Source: Yuukianura sp. NJ FZ-2021 (taxonomy: Eukaryota). Taken from it: DNA of 64,000 bases. This document shows, one piece after another, positions 50,951 through 62,500 of this stretch. A program made the translations under genes and the position numbers. The first letter of the stretch is position 1, and the number at the start of each line of letters is the position of its first letter. Location of the stretch: NCBI GenBank assembly GCA_046563655.1, contig JAJCTO010000011.1, forward strand, positions 558,001 through 622,000, read 5' to 3'. The notes under the pieces were generated by a model. That model ran no database searches, was not told the origin of the DNA, and saw only the letters and a program-made list of their open reading frames with translations.

Positions 50951-52556
50951 CCCATGTTACCAAGTCGTACGGAATATGTACATACTTAGTGAATATAAGT
51001 GCGTTATGCTCGAGTGAGGTTTTGCCCAAATTTCATATGCATTTTCGGTGCGTAAACTTTTGTACACAAAATGCACGGAGAAAGGAGCGCTGCATAAGAA
51101 TGCCTTACCGAATCGGTACATAAAATTTCTGCATATAAACGGCACTGCTCATGTGAATACAATTCATTTAGCTTTTGTACGCGAAATATCCACTAAAATG
51201 ATAGCAAGATCTACTCGGTTTCTGATCAAATTAATTTTTATTAATCAATATTGTGAAAGATAAAGTATCAACAAAATACTAATTATTACACAGTGGAATA
51301 CAAAACATCTTTCTCTTAAAGGGTAAACAAATACACTTTGTCCTTAAGTAATCTTTACTAACAGTTTCTTGTTTTGTTGACAATGCTTGTCTGACCAGTT
51401 GGAGTAACTCGGCAAATTTCTGCTCAAAGTAGCCTGATTCTCAAGGACAGCTTGTTGGAATTCTAAAAGTAAACAAGAACAGTCATAACTGGGAATACGA
51501 AATTGAGTAGTATGATAAGCGTAATTACATAAGAATTTACCTCGAAACTCGTATTGTTCTTCCTCGATGCTATATTGCAGTTGCTGAATCGTGTGCTCCA
51601 GTTCATCGATAGATACAGTATTGACAGATGTAAGATTCAGTGGAGCTGCTTCATTGACTGCTTCTAAAATAAACAACAACACAACTAAAGTTTTGTTTGT
51701 TTAATGAGGTCAAACTGTTGCATGACACTCACCTTGTGACTCCGTCAAGTTATGGTCAAATGTGTGAAGACCAGATTCAGCTCCACTTTTGAAGTTCGCA
51801 GAGAGTTGGATTTTTTTTAACGCTTTTTCATGTGAAACTGAAAAAAAAATCAACAAGCGTTTATTAATCAAAATCCTAAGGAAGGTTGGTTAATAGAATA
51901 GTTAGTAGTTCAATAACAACTAAAGTACTAATTAGCTTACCAAATGATTTGACGTATTCAATGTCGTACTTTCTGCAGTCCTTCTCTGGCTTGGAGTCAG
52001 CCGATGCAGCCAGTTCGCTTACGTTTTTGGTTAGTTTTGATGGCCAGTGACACCGTATTTGGTCGTCATCAAACGCTACCCATGATGAGGGAACAACTGA
52101 AAACCTATTTTCCGCTTTGAAAAACACAACTGAAAAGTTTTCGTAGTGTGTGGTCCCCATCACGGACGAGTTGAAGACAAAACTAAACCACTTTGTTTAA
52201 AACTTAACGGACAAACGAACTTCTGTTATATACTTTTTCAGCACCTATAATTCACCACTAAATACTCTCAGAAAGAGAAATGAGAATCACTCACATAAAC
52301 CGCACATAAATCTCACACCAATGTGCATGAGTGCAGAAGAAGCGCTGAATATGTACGGATTATTTCCGAAGGTTTTATTTGCGACAATTTAAGTGCATTT
52401 TGTATACTTTTTAAATATCTGAGGTATCAGTATACAAAAAATCCGAACCATTTAAGTGCATAAATGGCAATGCAAAAAGAGTAACGCTATATTCCATACA
52501 GTTTGGTTACGAAATATTCCAGATATTCACAAAATATTCACCAATGGTAAGATGGG
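50951..52556 (-). mobile_element. Non-autonomous CMC/EnSpm-like element C
   Basis: TIRs CCCAT(G/C)TTACCA; 2-bp TSD GT (50949-50950, 52557-52558); 1.6 kb; carries an accessory-type gene only. Confidence 0.8.
51344..52160 (-). CDS. Transposon accessory protein (188 aa, same family); exons 52160-51941, 51837-51733, 51663-51541, 51462-51344
   Basis: FSVVFFKAENRFSVVPSSWV....CHWP motif; three phase-1 GT-AG introns keep an open frame; coiled-coil-like IDELEHTIQQLQYSIEEEQYEFREFQQAVLENQ. Confidence 0.7.
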
Positions 52557-53503
52557 GTGTGCTTTGAAAAGTCACTCATCCTAGGAAATGTCACTTTCAA
52601 ACTGAAAAATCGGGCAGATTTTTTTTTTTTGAAAATTTTTCGGCAGTAGGATGAGATGAGCAATTTTTGATGGTTTTTGAAGTCACTTGGGATTTCAGGG
52701 CACGTTAGAGAAGCTTGCGCCTGAGCATAATGCCCATGTAGAAAAACGAATCGTGCCGTTCTCAATTTCCAGCGGAATCTAATTTCTTTGAATTTGGCGC
52801 CTCTTTGCTCAAGTCGAGGATGGAATTTTTGATTGGGTTTAAGGAGGAAGTTGGTATGGGAAACACAGAGTTCGAATGTGGAAGGAAATTGGAATGATGG
52901 GAATTTTGCGATCAAGGAATTGGCGAATTCCGTTGGTATTTGACATCTTCCTCTCTGCTAAATGATTTTCCCAAACCCATAAATTCGTTGCGCAGTGGCC
53001 TCGCAGGAGCCAACCTTCCTCCTCGTCTTTTTTTTTTGGCAAAATTGAGAAAAGTTCTGCTCAGATGATCTCAAGGAATTTGACACGGCCTTTGCCAATT
53101 TGAAACATTTTTGGAAAGACAAGCTAAGATTGGTTTATGCTCTTGATTTGTATCTTTGGAAAAATCTCTTGACGTGGAACTTTTGAAGGGAGATTCTGCT
53201 GGATGGAGGAGGATGTTTGGATCAATTAGGTCGAGTGTTTTTATCTCTTTTCGTTTTTGTTCTGCTGAACTAGGCAAAGTGTTTGATTTGAATTTTGTAG
53301 AGTTTGACAGAGAGAAGTCCAGGGTTTAAGTTAGAGTCGATTAGTGTTATCCCTTGTGCCAAAGTTTGTGTTGCTGGACCTTGGTTTTTAGCAAAGACTT
53401 TGTTGGCAAAGTGTGAACGACCTCGCCCTGCCTCCCCACCTTCCTTTCTGCAATCGTGCAAAATAATGCGAAAAGAGGAAAAGTGGTTTTAAGGAGATTA
53501 TTA

Positions 53504-54070
53504 CCGTATTTCCTCGCCTATGCTGAGCATATACTCGTAAAATATGCAATCTCCTCCCATCAATATGAAATCACTCCTTAAATGCGAATACTAGCTAAAG
53601 TTTATGTTAAGAATGCAATTTCAACTTTTTCCTTTTTCTTAACGGTTAAATTTTGTAAACTTTCTTTTTAAACTTACGTTCGCTTGTGAAAACATTAGCA
53701 ATTCACTGGATTTAAAATTCTGAACCAATTCCGTAGCACTAGACTGTCAATGTTCGGAATTTTTAGACTCCGCCTAAAAGCACTGACAAATGAATGTGGT
53801 ACTGGTAACCCAATCTCCTGCTAGCAAATGATGGAATTTCATGAAGCGAAATATGTTTTCAATTTGGTTTAGATTTGTGATTTATTTGACGGATTTGATG
53901 AATTGATAATAGATTAAAACAGTTTAGAGAAGTTTATGACGTTTTCAAATAATTCATATACGTATACGTGATTGATTAACAAAATAATTCGGTTTTCAGG
54001 CGAAACATTGTTTTTCTAAAATTGGTAACTCTTCTAGGATACTGTGCACATTATTAGGAAGGAAATACGG
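53504..54070. mobile_element. Non-autonomous Tc1/mariner-superfamily (Tc2/pogo-like) element
   Basis: TIR CCGTATTTCCT at both ends, flanked by TA (53502-53503, 54071-54072); AT-rich interior with no ORF. Confidence 0.7.
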
Positions 54071-56138
54071 TAGTAGTGGAAGGAGAATTGGGATTTGGTT
54101 GGACGGTTAGCTCATCCGCGGGGCTTTGCGGGATTTGGAAACGCAGAGACCATGGCACTCATTCGCCTTTAAACTCATTCATTCCCATCAACATTTTATT
54201 TTTGCAAATCAACCAATTTTTGTGCTGACTGCTCACTTGGAAACTTTCCTCTGCTGTTATCCTTTAACACAGCCTAACCTTCATCCAACGACCCACACGT
54301 CAGCTTCTTTTAAAATCCTTTTAGTTGTCAGCGATCCGTTTGTCGACGCCTTGGATTTTCGTGGACAGTGAAAGATGCGTCGGAGACTTGGCAATTTAGC
54401 TATAACTTCGAGGCACCAAATCTTCTTATGAGTAATTCGTTTTTTTCCTGTCAACTGTTTTCATTTATTCAACTCTTGTCGTTTTTCATCGCTAATTTAT
54501 TAATATTTTACTATTTTTTATTATCTATTTTTTAAAGTCTGAAATATGATGTGTTTGTGGAATGAACAAAGTTGAAATGAGAAACTGGAAATGTGTTTAG
54601 AGTGCTGAATTGGGTTGTGCAGATCGTGTTTGTGGGTGAAGCCATAAATAGCTGCTACTCTCCAGAGACATCTCAATACTTTTGATAGGCTTCTGTGATC
54701 TTTTGGTTCTGTGGGAAACAGATACTGGGATCATCCGTTTCTTGGCTCCGCTGCATTTGGCAAAACTACATTTATATTTCAAATATCTCAGTCGTATTTA
54801 GGCTGTTGAGGCTTCCTCCCACTACTACACTGACACTCCTCAATTCACATCTTATGTTTTCAGTACAAGTAGTTTTTCTGTCAGTTCGTCCAGTGTCTGT
54901 CTCCTCCTAAGAGTCAACAGTTATACTAATTTGTGGTGAATGTTAATTCCGTCTGATTCTGCTCATAAGTGGTGGTGAGAAACACTTGATTTTGCGTAGA
55001 AGAATTCCCTGTAAACCTTGGGTTGTCGGAGAATTTGGACTCGAGGAAAGCAAAGAACTGCTGCGTAACATTGTGCTTTCTCCTCCAGTTCCAGCAACTT
55101 TGTTCACATGAAAGTGAATTTGAAGAGCACTTGGATGAACAGAGTAAATTGAAAAACGTCCTTTGAACAAGAGAGCACGTAATTAAGGGATTAGGCCGCC
55201 CTTTTCTTGTCCTTTGAGAACTCATAGTACAAAAGCCTCAAAGTTTTTTAGTTTTGTTCAAGAAAGAGGATTAAGTGATTTCGGTTTTGGTAGAGTGCAG
55301 ACGCACGCGTTGAATTTCATCACACACGACGCTTGCGCTGAACCTGAATCGGATGTGAGATTTGCTAATCTTAAGCATTGCGCAGTCGCCTGAGTTGATT
55401 TGGATTTAGAATCACGAAATTGAGGGCATTAGAGACTTTAGTGATGAGAAAGAGGTTAAACTTTTGGAGAAAAGGCGACGACCGGAGAAAGCAGGTTGGG
55501 TTGCGTGTGGACTAATTGTGAGTCCATTACTAATTCAGTGCGAATTAGTTGCATGTCTTTTGTGTAACTTCCTAAAAGGACAGTGGGTTCGTGTCACCAC
55601 TCCTCGCCTTCTAAATAATTTGAGCTGTCAGGAACGTCTTTTGGAGGAGTAGAAGAGAAAGCGGGAAAGTTTGAAATGTTGATGGAGATTGGATCCGGGA
55701 GAGTGATCGTGTCATTTGGAGGAGACAGGCACAATGGGTTACATTTTGAGTCGCAGTTTCAATTCCAGTGGATCTGTTGTGCTTCCTGCCAAAGCTCGAT
55801 TTCTAGCGTTCAATCACAATCAGACGCTTGACGTCTTTTCAAAATTGAAATCGCGCGCTTGATAACACACCTTTAAAATTCTAGATTTTTTCTTCTGTCG
55901 TAACGAAAAGTCTTACTGACGTCAAATTAGGGAAAAGTTGCGTTGAGCGAAATAAGCGTCGAAGTAAGAGGAAGGAATGGATAATGCGATTTTGTTAGAA
56001 AGTGATTGGCAGGAATGAATTGAAGGAGAAAGTCTCCAGAGCGATGAAAAAGATGAGAAGTGAAATTAGGGATTAATTGAGTTAGAAGATTGAATTTGTG
56101 ATTGATTGCAGGATGCTGAGTGCTAGTGGCTGTAGGAG

Positions 56139-59100
56139 ATGAAGTGGAAAGAGCGCGTGGGGCTGGCCCTGTCGGGTGCGCTCATTTGCCTCACGCTTCT
56201 TCTCATCTTGGACGTCCACTACCGAATTCGGAATGGACAGCTCAGTCCAGTATCGGATTTTGACACCCTTCCCACAGACAGTACGCCGATTGCCGTGCCG
56301 GATGCTGGTGGGGAGGTGGGGCATGTGGTAGCACACGGACCGGGAGGAGACACAGCAGAGAATCAGTACGCAAACAGTAAACTGACGAATGGAGCTAGAT
56401 TGGGCCTTGAAGGTACGCGCAATGAGCGGGAAACGGATGGAATTGACGTGAAGCAGGACAAAGTCAAGTATGTTGCGCCCAACAACCTCTCTGAAATTTT
56501 CAGTCAACCGTAAGTTCAATTGAAACAAGATTTCAAGAACTTGTAACTCACAAAATTCATTAATCGAACTTAACTTTGAGAAATTATGATCTTTGTTAGA
56601 TTGACATTGAATGAGGTGGAGAAGGTGGATGTGTTTGAAGACTTGGAGGCCATGTTGGATCCGAAAGGGAAAGGCTACGTGATTCTCGATGGGGTTGAGA
56701 GGGACAATCCAAGTGTTGGCGACATGCTCCAGATTGACACCAAGTGAGTGTTTGCTCTACTGTTGCTAGGCAACCGTTTAATTCCCTAATGCGCTCATTA
56801 CAAATACTAATACTCACTATGCCCCACTTTTTTTAAAATTCGGTCAAAACCAATCTCCAAATTGGCACCGTGTTCCTGCACGTTTCTACTTAATCCATGT
56901 TTGATGTTTGACAGAGGAAGCCTTTCAAACCTTACTTCAAGTTGAGCAATCCACTCAACTCGATTGTACAAACTTATGCTTGAAGCAAAAGTTCCATTTA
57001 GGGTGCCACTTTATTTGCCATTTCGGGAGTGGCGCCGATTTGGAAAAACGAATCTCTGTTTTAAGGTGCCTGGAGGAAACATAAATCATCCACCATCTGG
57101 TTTCTGCAGAGTCGTTTTGATTATGAATTGATTTAAAAGTTTCCGCTCCCAGTTGCTGGGAAGAGAGAAAGTGGGAATTTGAAATGCTGGGGAGTCATCT
57201 TGACTTTCTCCAACTTTGGCTTCTTTTTCCATGCAAAGTTTTTCCCGTTTCTACGAGGATTTATGACGCCTCTGCCTTTTTTTTTCTTCAGTGGCTTGAT
57301 TAGAAAAGTTTCGTTTCCCAGTTGTTGGCCAAAAATCAGAAGATGGATTTTTGGTCTGGAGGCGTACAGGCTTGTCTCCCATTTTGGTGGATGGGCACAG
57401 TGAATTCACTTTTAACAAGAATCTTTCTCTGGGAGTAGTGGAGACAGATGAGCTGCGTTTGCGCTAATGAAATTAATTAAAACCGAAAACCGGTTCAGTA
57501 ACTCAGGAGCTCTGGAGCTCCAGGAACAAGGGTTTCAAAACAAAGGGAAGACAACTTCTGGTACAAGTTACACTGTGGGACATTTCTGTAAGGAGTGTTT
57601 CCATTGTTAGAGAGTAATTTTCCCAGTTTCGGTCACTTTTTGGGATTTTCGCTCTGAACGATCTGACCGAAATATTCAAGTATGCGTACCCGTTGTGTAC
57701 GGTATTTGGCCACGCCTCCAAAGTTTTCGAGTCTACCACGCCTAGTTTACGGCTAAATTAAGTTTCGGTCATTTCGGTCGACTGAAATTTGCGGGATTTG
57801 AAATGTCCAACAAACGGTTTCGGTCACTTTTTACGAAATATTATTTATGACCGAAATTTCCAATGTCGGAAATTGTGAAAAACACTTGTCGTTTTTGTCA
57901 TTTTTCAAAGTAGCATTTTTTTTATGAAGAATGGACTTGACTCCAAACCTACGGCGTTTACCTGTCCTTCCGTCTATCGGTATCGTCCGAAATTTTCGTC
58001 AAGTCCGAACAAGAGACTCCAGTCTTTTACACTAACCATTCTGCTAAAAATTCATAGTAAAATTGTTGATGCAGGGTCTTTTACCTGCACGAATTGTGCT
58101 CGAACATGAGTTTGCATTCATTCAACAACGAACTTCATGGAAATGTGGACGCACTTGCCATGAGTGTATTAGTGCCTAGAATTGAAGCAGTTGATTAATG
58201 GATGGCGATGGTATGCATTTTGAGACACACTAAAAATGCTAAAGAGACTTTTCTTTTGACAGCGCCAAGCCGAATCTGACGAGCTTCGAAAAGTTCCAAC
58301 TGCTCATTCGAAAGCAGAGCATGTACCAGGAGAGCGATGGGATTCTAGAGGATTTACTACATGCCATGGCCACTGAGGAAATTGTGCATTTGGAGCAGAA
58401 GGAGGGTGGGACACAGTTGAAGCTGATCATGGACTACGAGTCCAGTGGACAAGCCATGTTCAAACCCATGAGGTCAGAGGTCAAACCTTATAAATGATGA
58501 CTCGAATCAGAAAAATGACTTATGAATCTTCGTCAGACAATGACATTTCGTTTTGGTTTTCAGATTCGGTCGAGAGCAGGAAACCCTCCCAAACCACTTT
58601 TACTTCACCGACTTTGAGCGCCATAATGCCGAAATTGCAGCCTTCCACTTGGACCGAGTCCTTGGTTTCTATCGGTAACTTAAAAAAAACTCTTTATGCT
58701 TAATAAGATTTGCTTCAAGCTAATTAGAATATCGCAGTTATTGCAAAATTTGTGTTGGTTTTTGTACAGTGCGCCCCCTGTTTCTGGTCGTCTGCTGAAT
58801 ATTTCGTCCGAAATTTACCCCTTGGCGGAGGGTCAACTTCTCCATACGTTCTTCGTGTCGCCCGCAGGAAACATTTGCTTCCACGGAAAGTGTTCCTACT
58901 ACTGCGACACCTCACACGCCATTTGTGGGAAGCCGGATATGCTAGAGGGGTCATTGGCTGCTTTCCTTCCTCCAAAAGGTGACTTGAGCAATTTAAGGTC
59001 TACCGAATTCCACTGTATTCATGGTTTGAATTTGAATTTGTTACAGAGGCAGCTTCCAGGAAAGTGTGGAGGCATCCCTGGCGACGATCATATCACAAAC

Positions 59101-59847
59101 GACGAAAGGCTCAGTGGGAAGCGGATGCTGACTACTGTGATATAATTCGCTCCACTCCACCTTACGACAGGGGCAGGAGACTCCTTGACATTGTGGTAAT
59201 TGAAATTCTTACAGGAAGCATAGACTTTAATTGAATATAGACTTTAATGTAACAAGGAATCGAACAACATGATATCCCGAGATGGAAAAAATCCAAAGTG
59301 CTAAAATTGGGCCTTCAATATCTGAATTTCAATTTGCAGGATATGGCTATTCTTGATTTTTTGATGGGAAACATGGACAGACATCATTACGAAACTTTTA
59401 AAATGTATGGAAACGACACTTTTTTAATTCACTTGGATCACGGAAGAGCATTCGGGCGAGCGAAACATGACGAAGTGTCTATTCTTGCCCCACTCTATCA
59501 GTGCTGTATCATCAGGAAGTCCACTTTGGACAAACTGCTAAGGTTTGCGATCAATTTTGTGAAATTCTAGTAACAAGTTAAGTTGGAGTTAAATACTTAA
59601 GTTAAATATTATAATTCATTGTCGCAGGTTTCACAAAGGACCTGTTCACTTAAGTGAGGCGCTGCGAAAATCACTAAACAAGGACCCCTTGGATCCCATC
59701 TTACTGGAACCTCATCTCGTTGCTTTGGACAGGAGGACGCAGACGATTCTGCAGACAGTACGTCACTGTGTTCAGCAACGTAAAGAAGCGGGAACGGGAA
59801 GCGGAGAGCCAGGGTTGGACGAAATTATTATTGACGATGGTTTTTGA
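56139..59847 (+). CDS. Fam20C: Golgi secretory-pathway kinase FAM20C; exons approximately 56139-56509, 56600-56743, 58263-58472, 58564-58674, 58770-58978, 59048-59195, 59340-59542, 59628-59847
   Basis: N-terminal signal anchor; [106 protein letters not shown]. Confidence 0.96.
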
Positions 59848-60775
59848 AATTAGAAGAAATTAGTGAACCTGCAGAGGCGAAATCTCACCGACTTGGGATT
59901 CCAGAAACGAACTTTTTAGCAATGTGATACAATACTCTTACAGACTTGTGTTAATTTTACCTTCAGTTGTGAGACAACTTGTCCCAATGTTGTGATTCAT
60001 CAAATTGTGACTTGTGGGCAGGGACAATCGTAGTGCTTTAAATTGTTTAGATGTCATGCGCAGTCTCATGAGCGCACTTCGAAGTGTCGACGCGTGACTT
60101 CTTAATTACAAATCTAGTCTTATACTAATACTGTTTTGAGAACAGAAGCTTACTAGGGCACTTCCGATAAGGGTATGATCGATAATTTATTCTAAATTAG
60201 CTCAAACGACCTTAGTAAGTGGACTTGTTAATGCTAAACGTCACAAGCTTAAGCAGTAGTTCCCGTTGTTTTCAAATTGGGAATACGGGAAATGTGGCGT
60301 AATTTGTAACAGTCAGTAAGTAATATTAAGTTAGTGGCTTGTTGCTATGAATTGTGGCATATCAGATAATACTTAAGAGGAAATTATGCACAATTTTGAG
60401 TCTCTCTTAAGAGTATTTTTGTGCTATTTTTGTTCAAATTGTGGTAACGGGAAGCGTCTGGTTTTTAATTTTAAGCAGACAGATTTGAAATTGTCAAGAG
60501 ATCTGAGATTTTTATACTAAATTCCATACACGAGATTTTGTGCTCAAGAAGTGTAAACGAAAACAAGGATTTCCGATCCGCAAGGCTAATCTGGATTTAT
60601 TAAATGGATTCAAGAAACGTCAATTGTCTATCGTTCAATACTGCTTCAATTCAAGAACGCGACTTTTCAAAAAAAAATTTTTTTTTTTTTGGCTTTTTCA
60701 AAATTTTTAATACTTAAGGTGTGCGAACACCCTGGAAACGGGGGGTCAAAATGCGGCTGTAACTCATCAAATGGA

Positions 60776-61048
60776 AAATGGTCTGGATCAGCGTAGGAAG
60801 GTCGTACAATGAACCAAAATATATCAAACTTTAGGAAACAACTTGATCTAGTACCCTGTCGGAGAAAAATTACACAATTTTAGTTCTAACCTTGAAAAAA
60901 ATTAACCCAAACATCCCACCTCCATATTTACATAGATAGAACTAAAATTTTGTAGTTTTCTCCGACAGGGTACTAGATCAAGTCTTTTCCTAAAGTTTGA
61001 TATATTGTGGGTCACTGTACGACATTCCTACGCTGACCTAGACCATTT
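60776..61048. repeat. About 110-bp imperfect inverted repeat with about 48-bp spacer (interior of a MITE-like element)
   Basis: 60776-60888 is the reverse complement of 60937-61048 (e.g. ACTTGATCTAGTACCCTGTCGGAGAAAA / TTTTCTCCGACAGGGTACTAGATCAAGT). Confidence 0.85.
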
Positions 61049-61245
61049 CAATGTCACAGTTTCACAAAAGTTTTTTACAATACCCAAACGACGGCAACCG
61101 AACTTGAGTCAGTATTTCGTTTGAAAGTGTCCACTTTTTTTATCTACTTTGCACTGAACGTTTTTCGACACTTTCGAGGGTGTTTCTTTTTGTCGATGTC
61201 TGCCAGCCCCTTGCGTTCAGCCCCCTTAGCAACCAACGCCAGCCT

Positions 61246-61397
61246 TTGTTTGTGACGTCACTCGTTGAAAAATACCGGAATTCGGGGAATAATGATGGTA
61301 TCCTATAGAAACCCATTTACCATTTGATGTTTAAATACGCGCCTCGGATAATAAGCTGACGATTACGGTATATTTCAACGAGTGACGTCATAAAAAA
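61246..61397. repeat. About 35-bp inverted repeat (small MITE-like)
   Basis: TGACGTCACTCGTTGAAAAATACCG ... CGGTATATTTCAACGAGTGACGTCA. Confidence 0.75.
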
Positions 61398-61740
61398 ATG
61401 CCGTGGTAACCTAACAAAGTTTCTGTTCGCACTACTTGTAGTATTCTATTTACCTTGGATGTCTGCAACTTTTACTAACTGCACAAGTTCGGTTATCGTG
61501 GTTACTAAATTTAACGACAATTGTTTATTAGACGCATAACACACGTCCTTAAGTCGACATTTCGGCTGATTAGAAAACTTTATGTAACTCCGTAACACCG
61601 CTTTCCTCCTTCCACTTTTTATTCCTTACTTTAACCAATTCAATTTCAAAGTTTCTTCGATTTTTGAAAATAAAATGCTAGTAGCGGTATTTTGTTCAGG
61701 TATTTTGTTTTTAAAAAATGCACCAACTTTATTTGGTTGT

Positions 61741-62500
61741 CATCTGCGCCTAACCAAAGTGCGCCTCTCCAATATGCGCCTCTCAATGTGCGCCTAAAAA
61801 TGTGCGCCTCCATCCAAAGTGCCCCTCCAGCCAAAATGCGCCTCCATCAATATGCGCTTTAAAAATGTGCGCCTCCATCCAAAGTGCGCCTTCAGCGAAA
61901 ATGCGCCTCCAATCAAACAGTGCCTTCAGATCCAATTAAAAACCAATAATAACACTAACGAAACCTCAGCAGAAACCCTCCAGAAGTAATCAGTATTTCG
62001 AACTTTAAACAAACGTAACTTACCCAATCTAAACCCTGGAGACGTAATCAGTATTGCGAATTTAAAAACCTAACACCGCGCCTTCGGCGCGGAAACTCCT
62101 GGATTGTGGATAACTACCCTTGTTGGACAACTCCAACTTGTAATTGAATTAAACCAAATATACGCTGAATCTATACTTTTCCGTTCCCGTGCCAGTCTAC
62201 GCAAAAACTTTTGTGGTAGGCCACCATAACAACGTCGCGAATTAGCGAAAGCGCTAAATAAAAAATAGAACAGGAAGGCCTACGACAAAGCTTTTGCATG
62301 GAATGGCACGGGAACGGAAAAGTATAGATTCAGCGATACCTGGTATTTAATTGGAGCTGGAGGCGCATTTTGGCTTGGGGCGCATCTTGGATGGAGGAGC
62401 ATATTTTTAAAGCGCATATTGATGGAGGCGCATTTTGGCTGGAGGCGCACTTTGGATGGAGGCGCATATTGGAGAGGCGCACTTTGGTTAGGCGCTGATG
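61741..62500. mobile_element. Foldback-like non-autonomous element with long modular TIRs
   Basis: CATCTGCGCCTAACCAAAGTGCGCCTCTCCAATATGCGCC matches the reverse complement of the 62461-62500 end; arms of about 160-200 bp built from TGCGCCTCC repeats; flanks GGTTGT / GGTTGC suggest a TSD of uncertain length. Confidence 0.85.
62163..62335. mobile_element. 173-bp MITE nested in the foldback-like element
   Basis: About 60-bp TIRs starting CGCTGAATCTATACTTTTCCGTTCCCGTGCCA; 3-bp TSD ATA (62160-62162, 62336-62338), compatible with the PIF/Harbinger superfamily. Confidence 0.88.

Noticed and set aside
57480..57900. GACCGAAA/TTTCGGTC motif cluster in FAM20C intron 2
   Set aside because: Probably a TE subterminal remnant, but no TIR or TSD could be defined.
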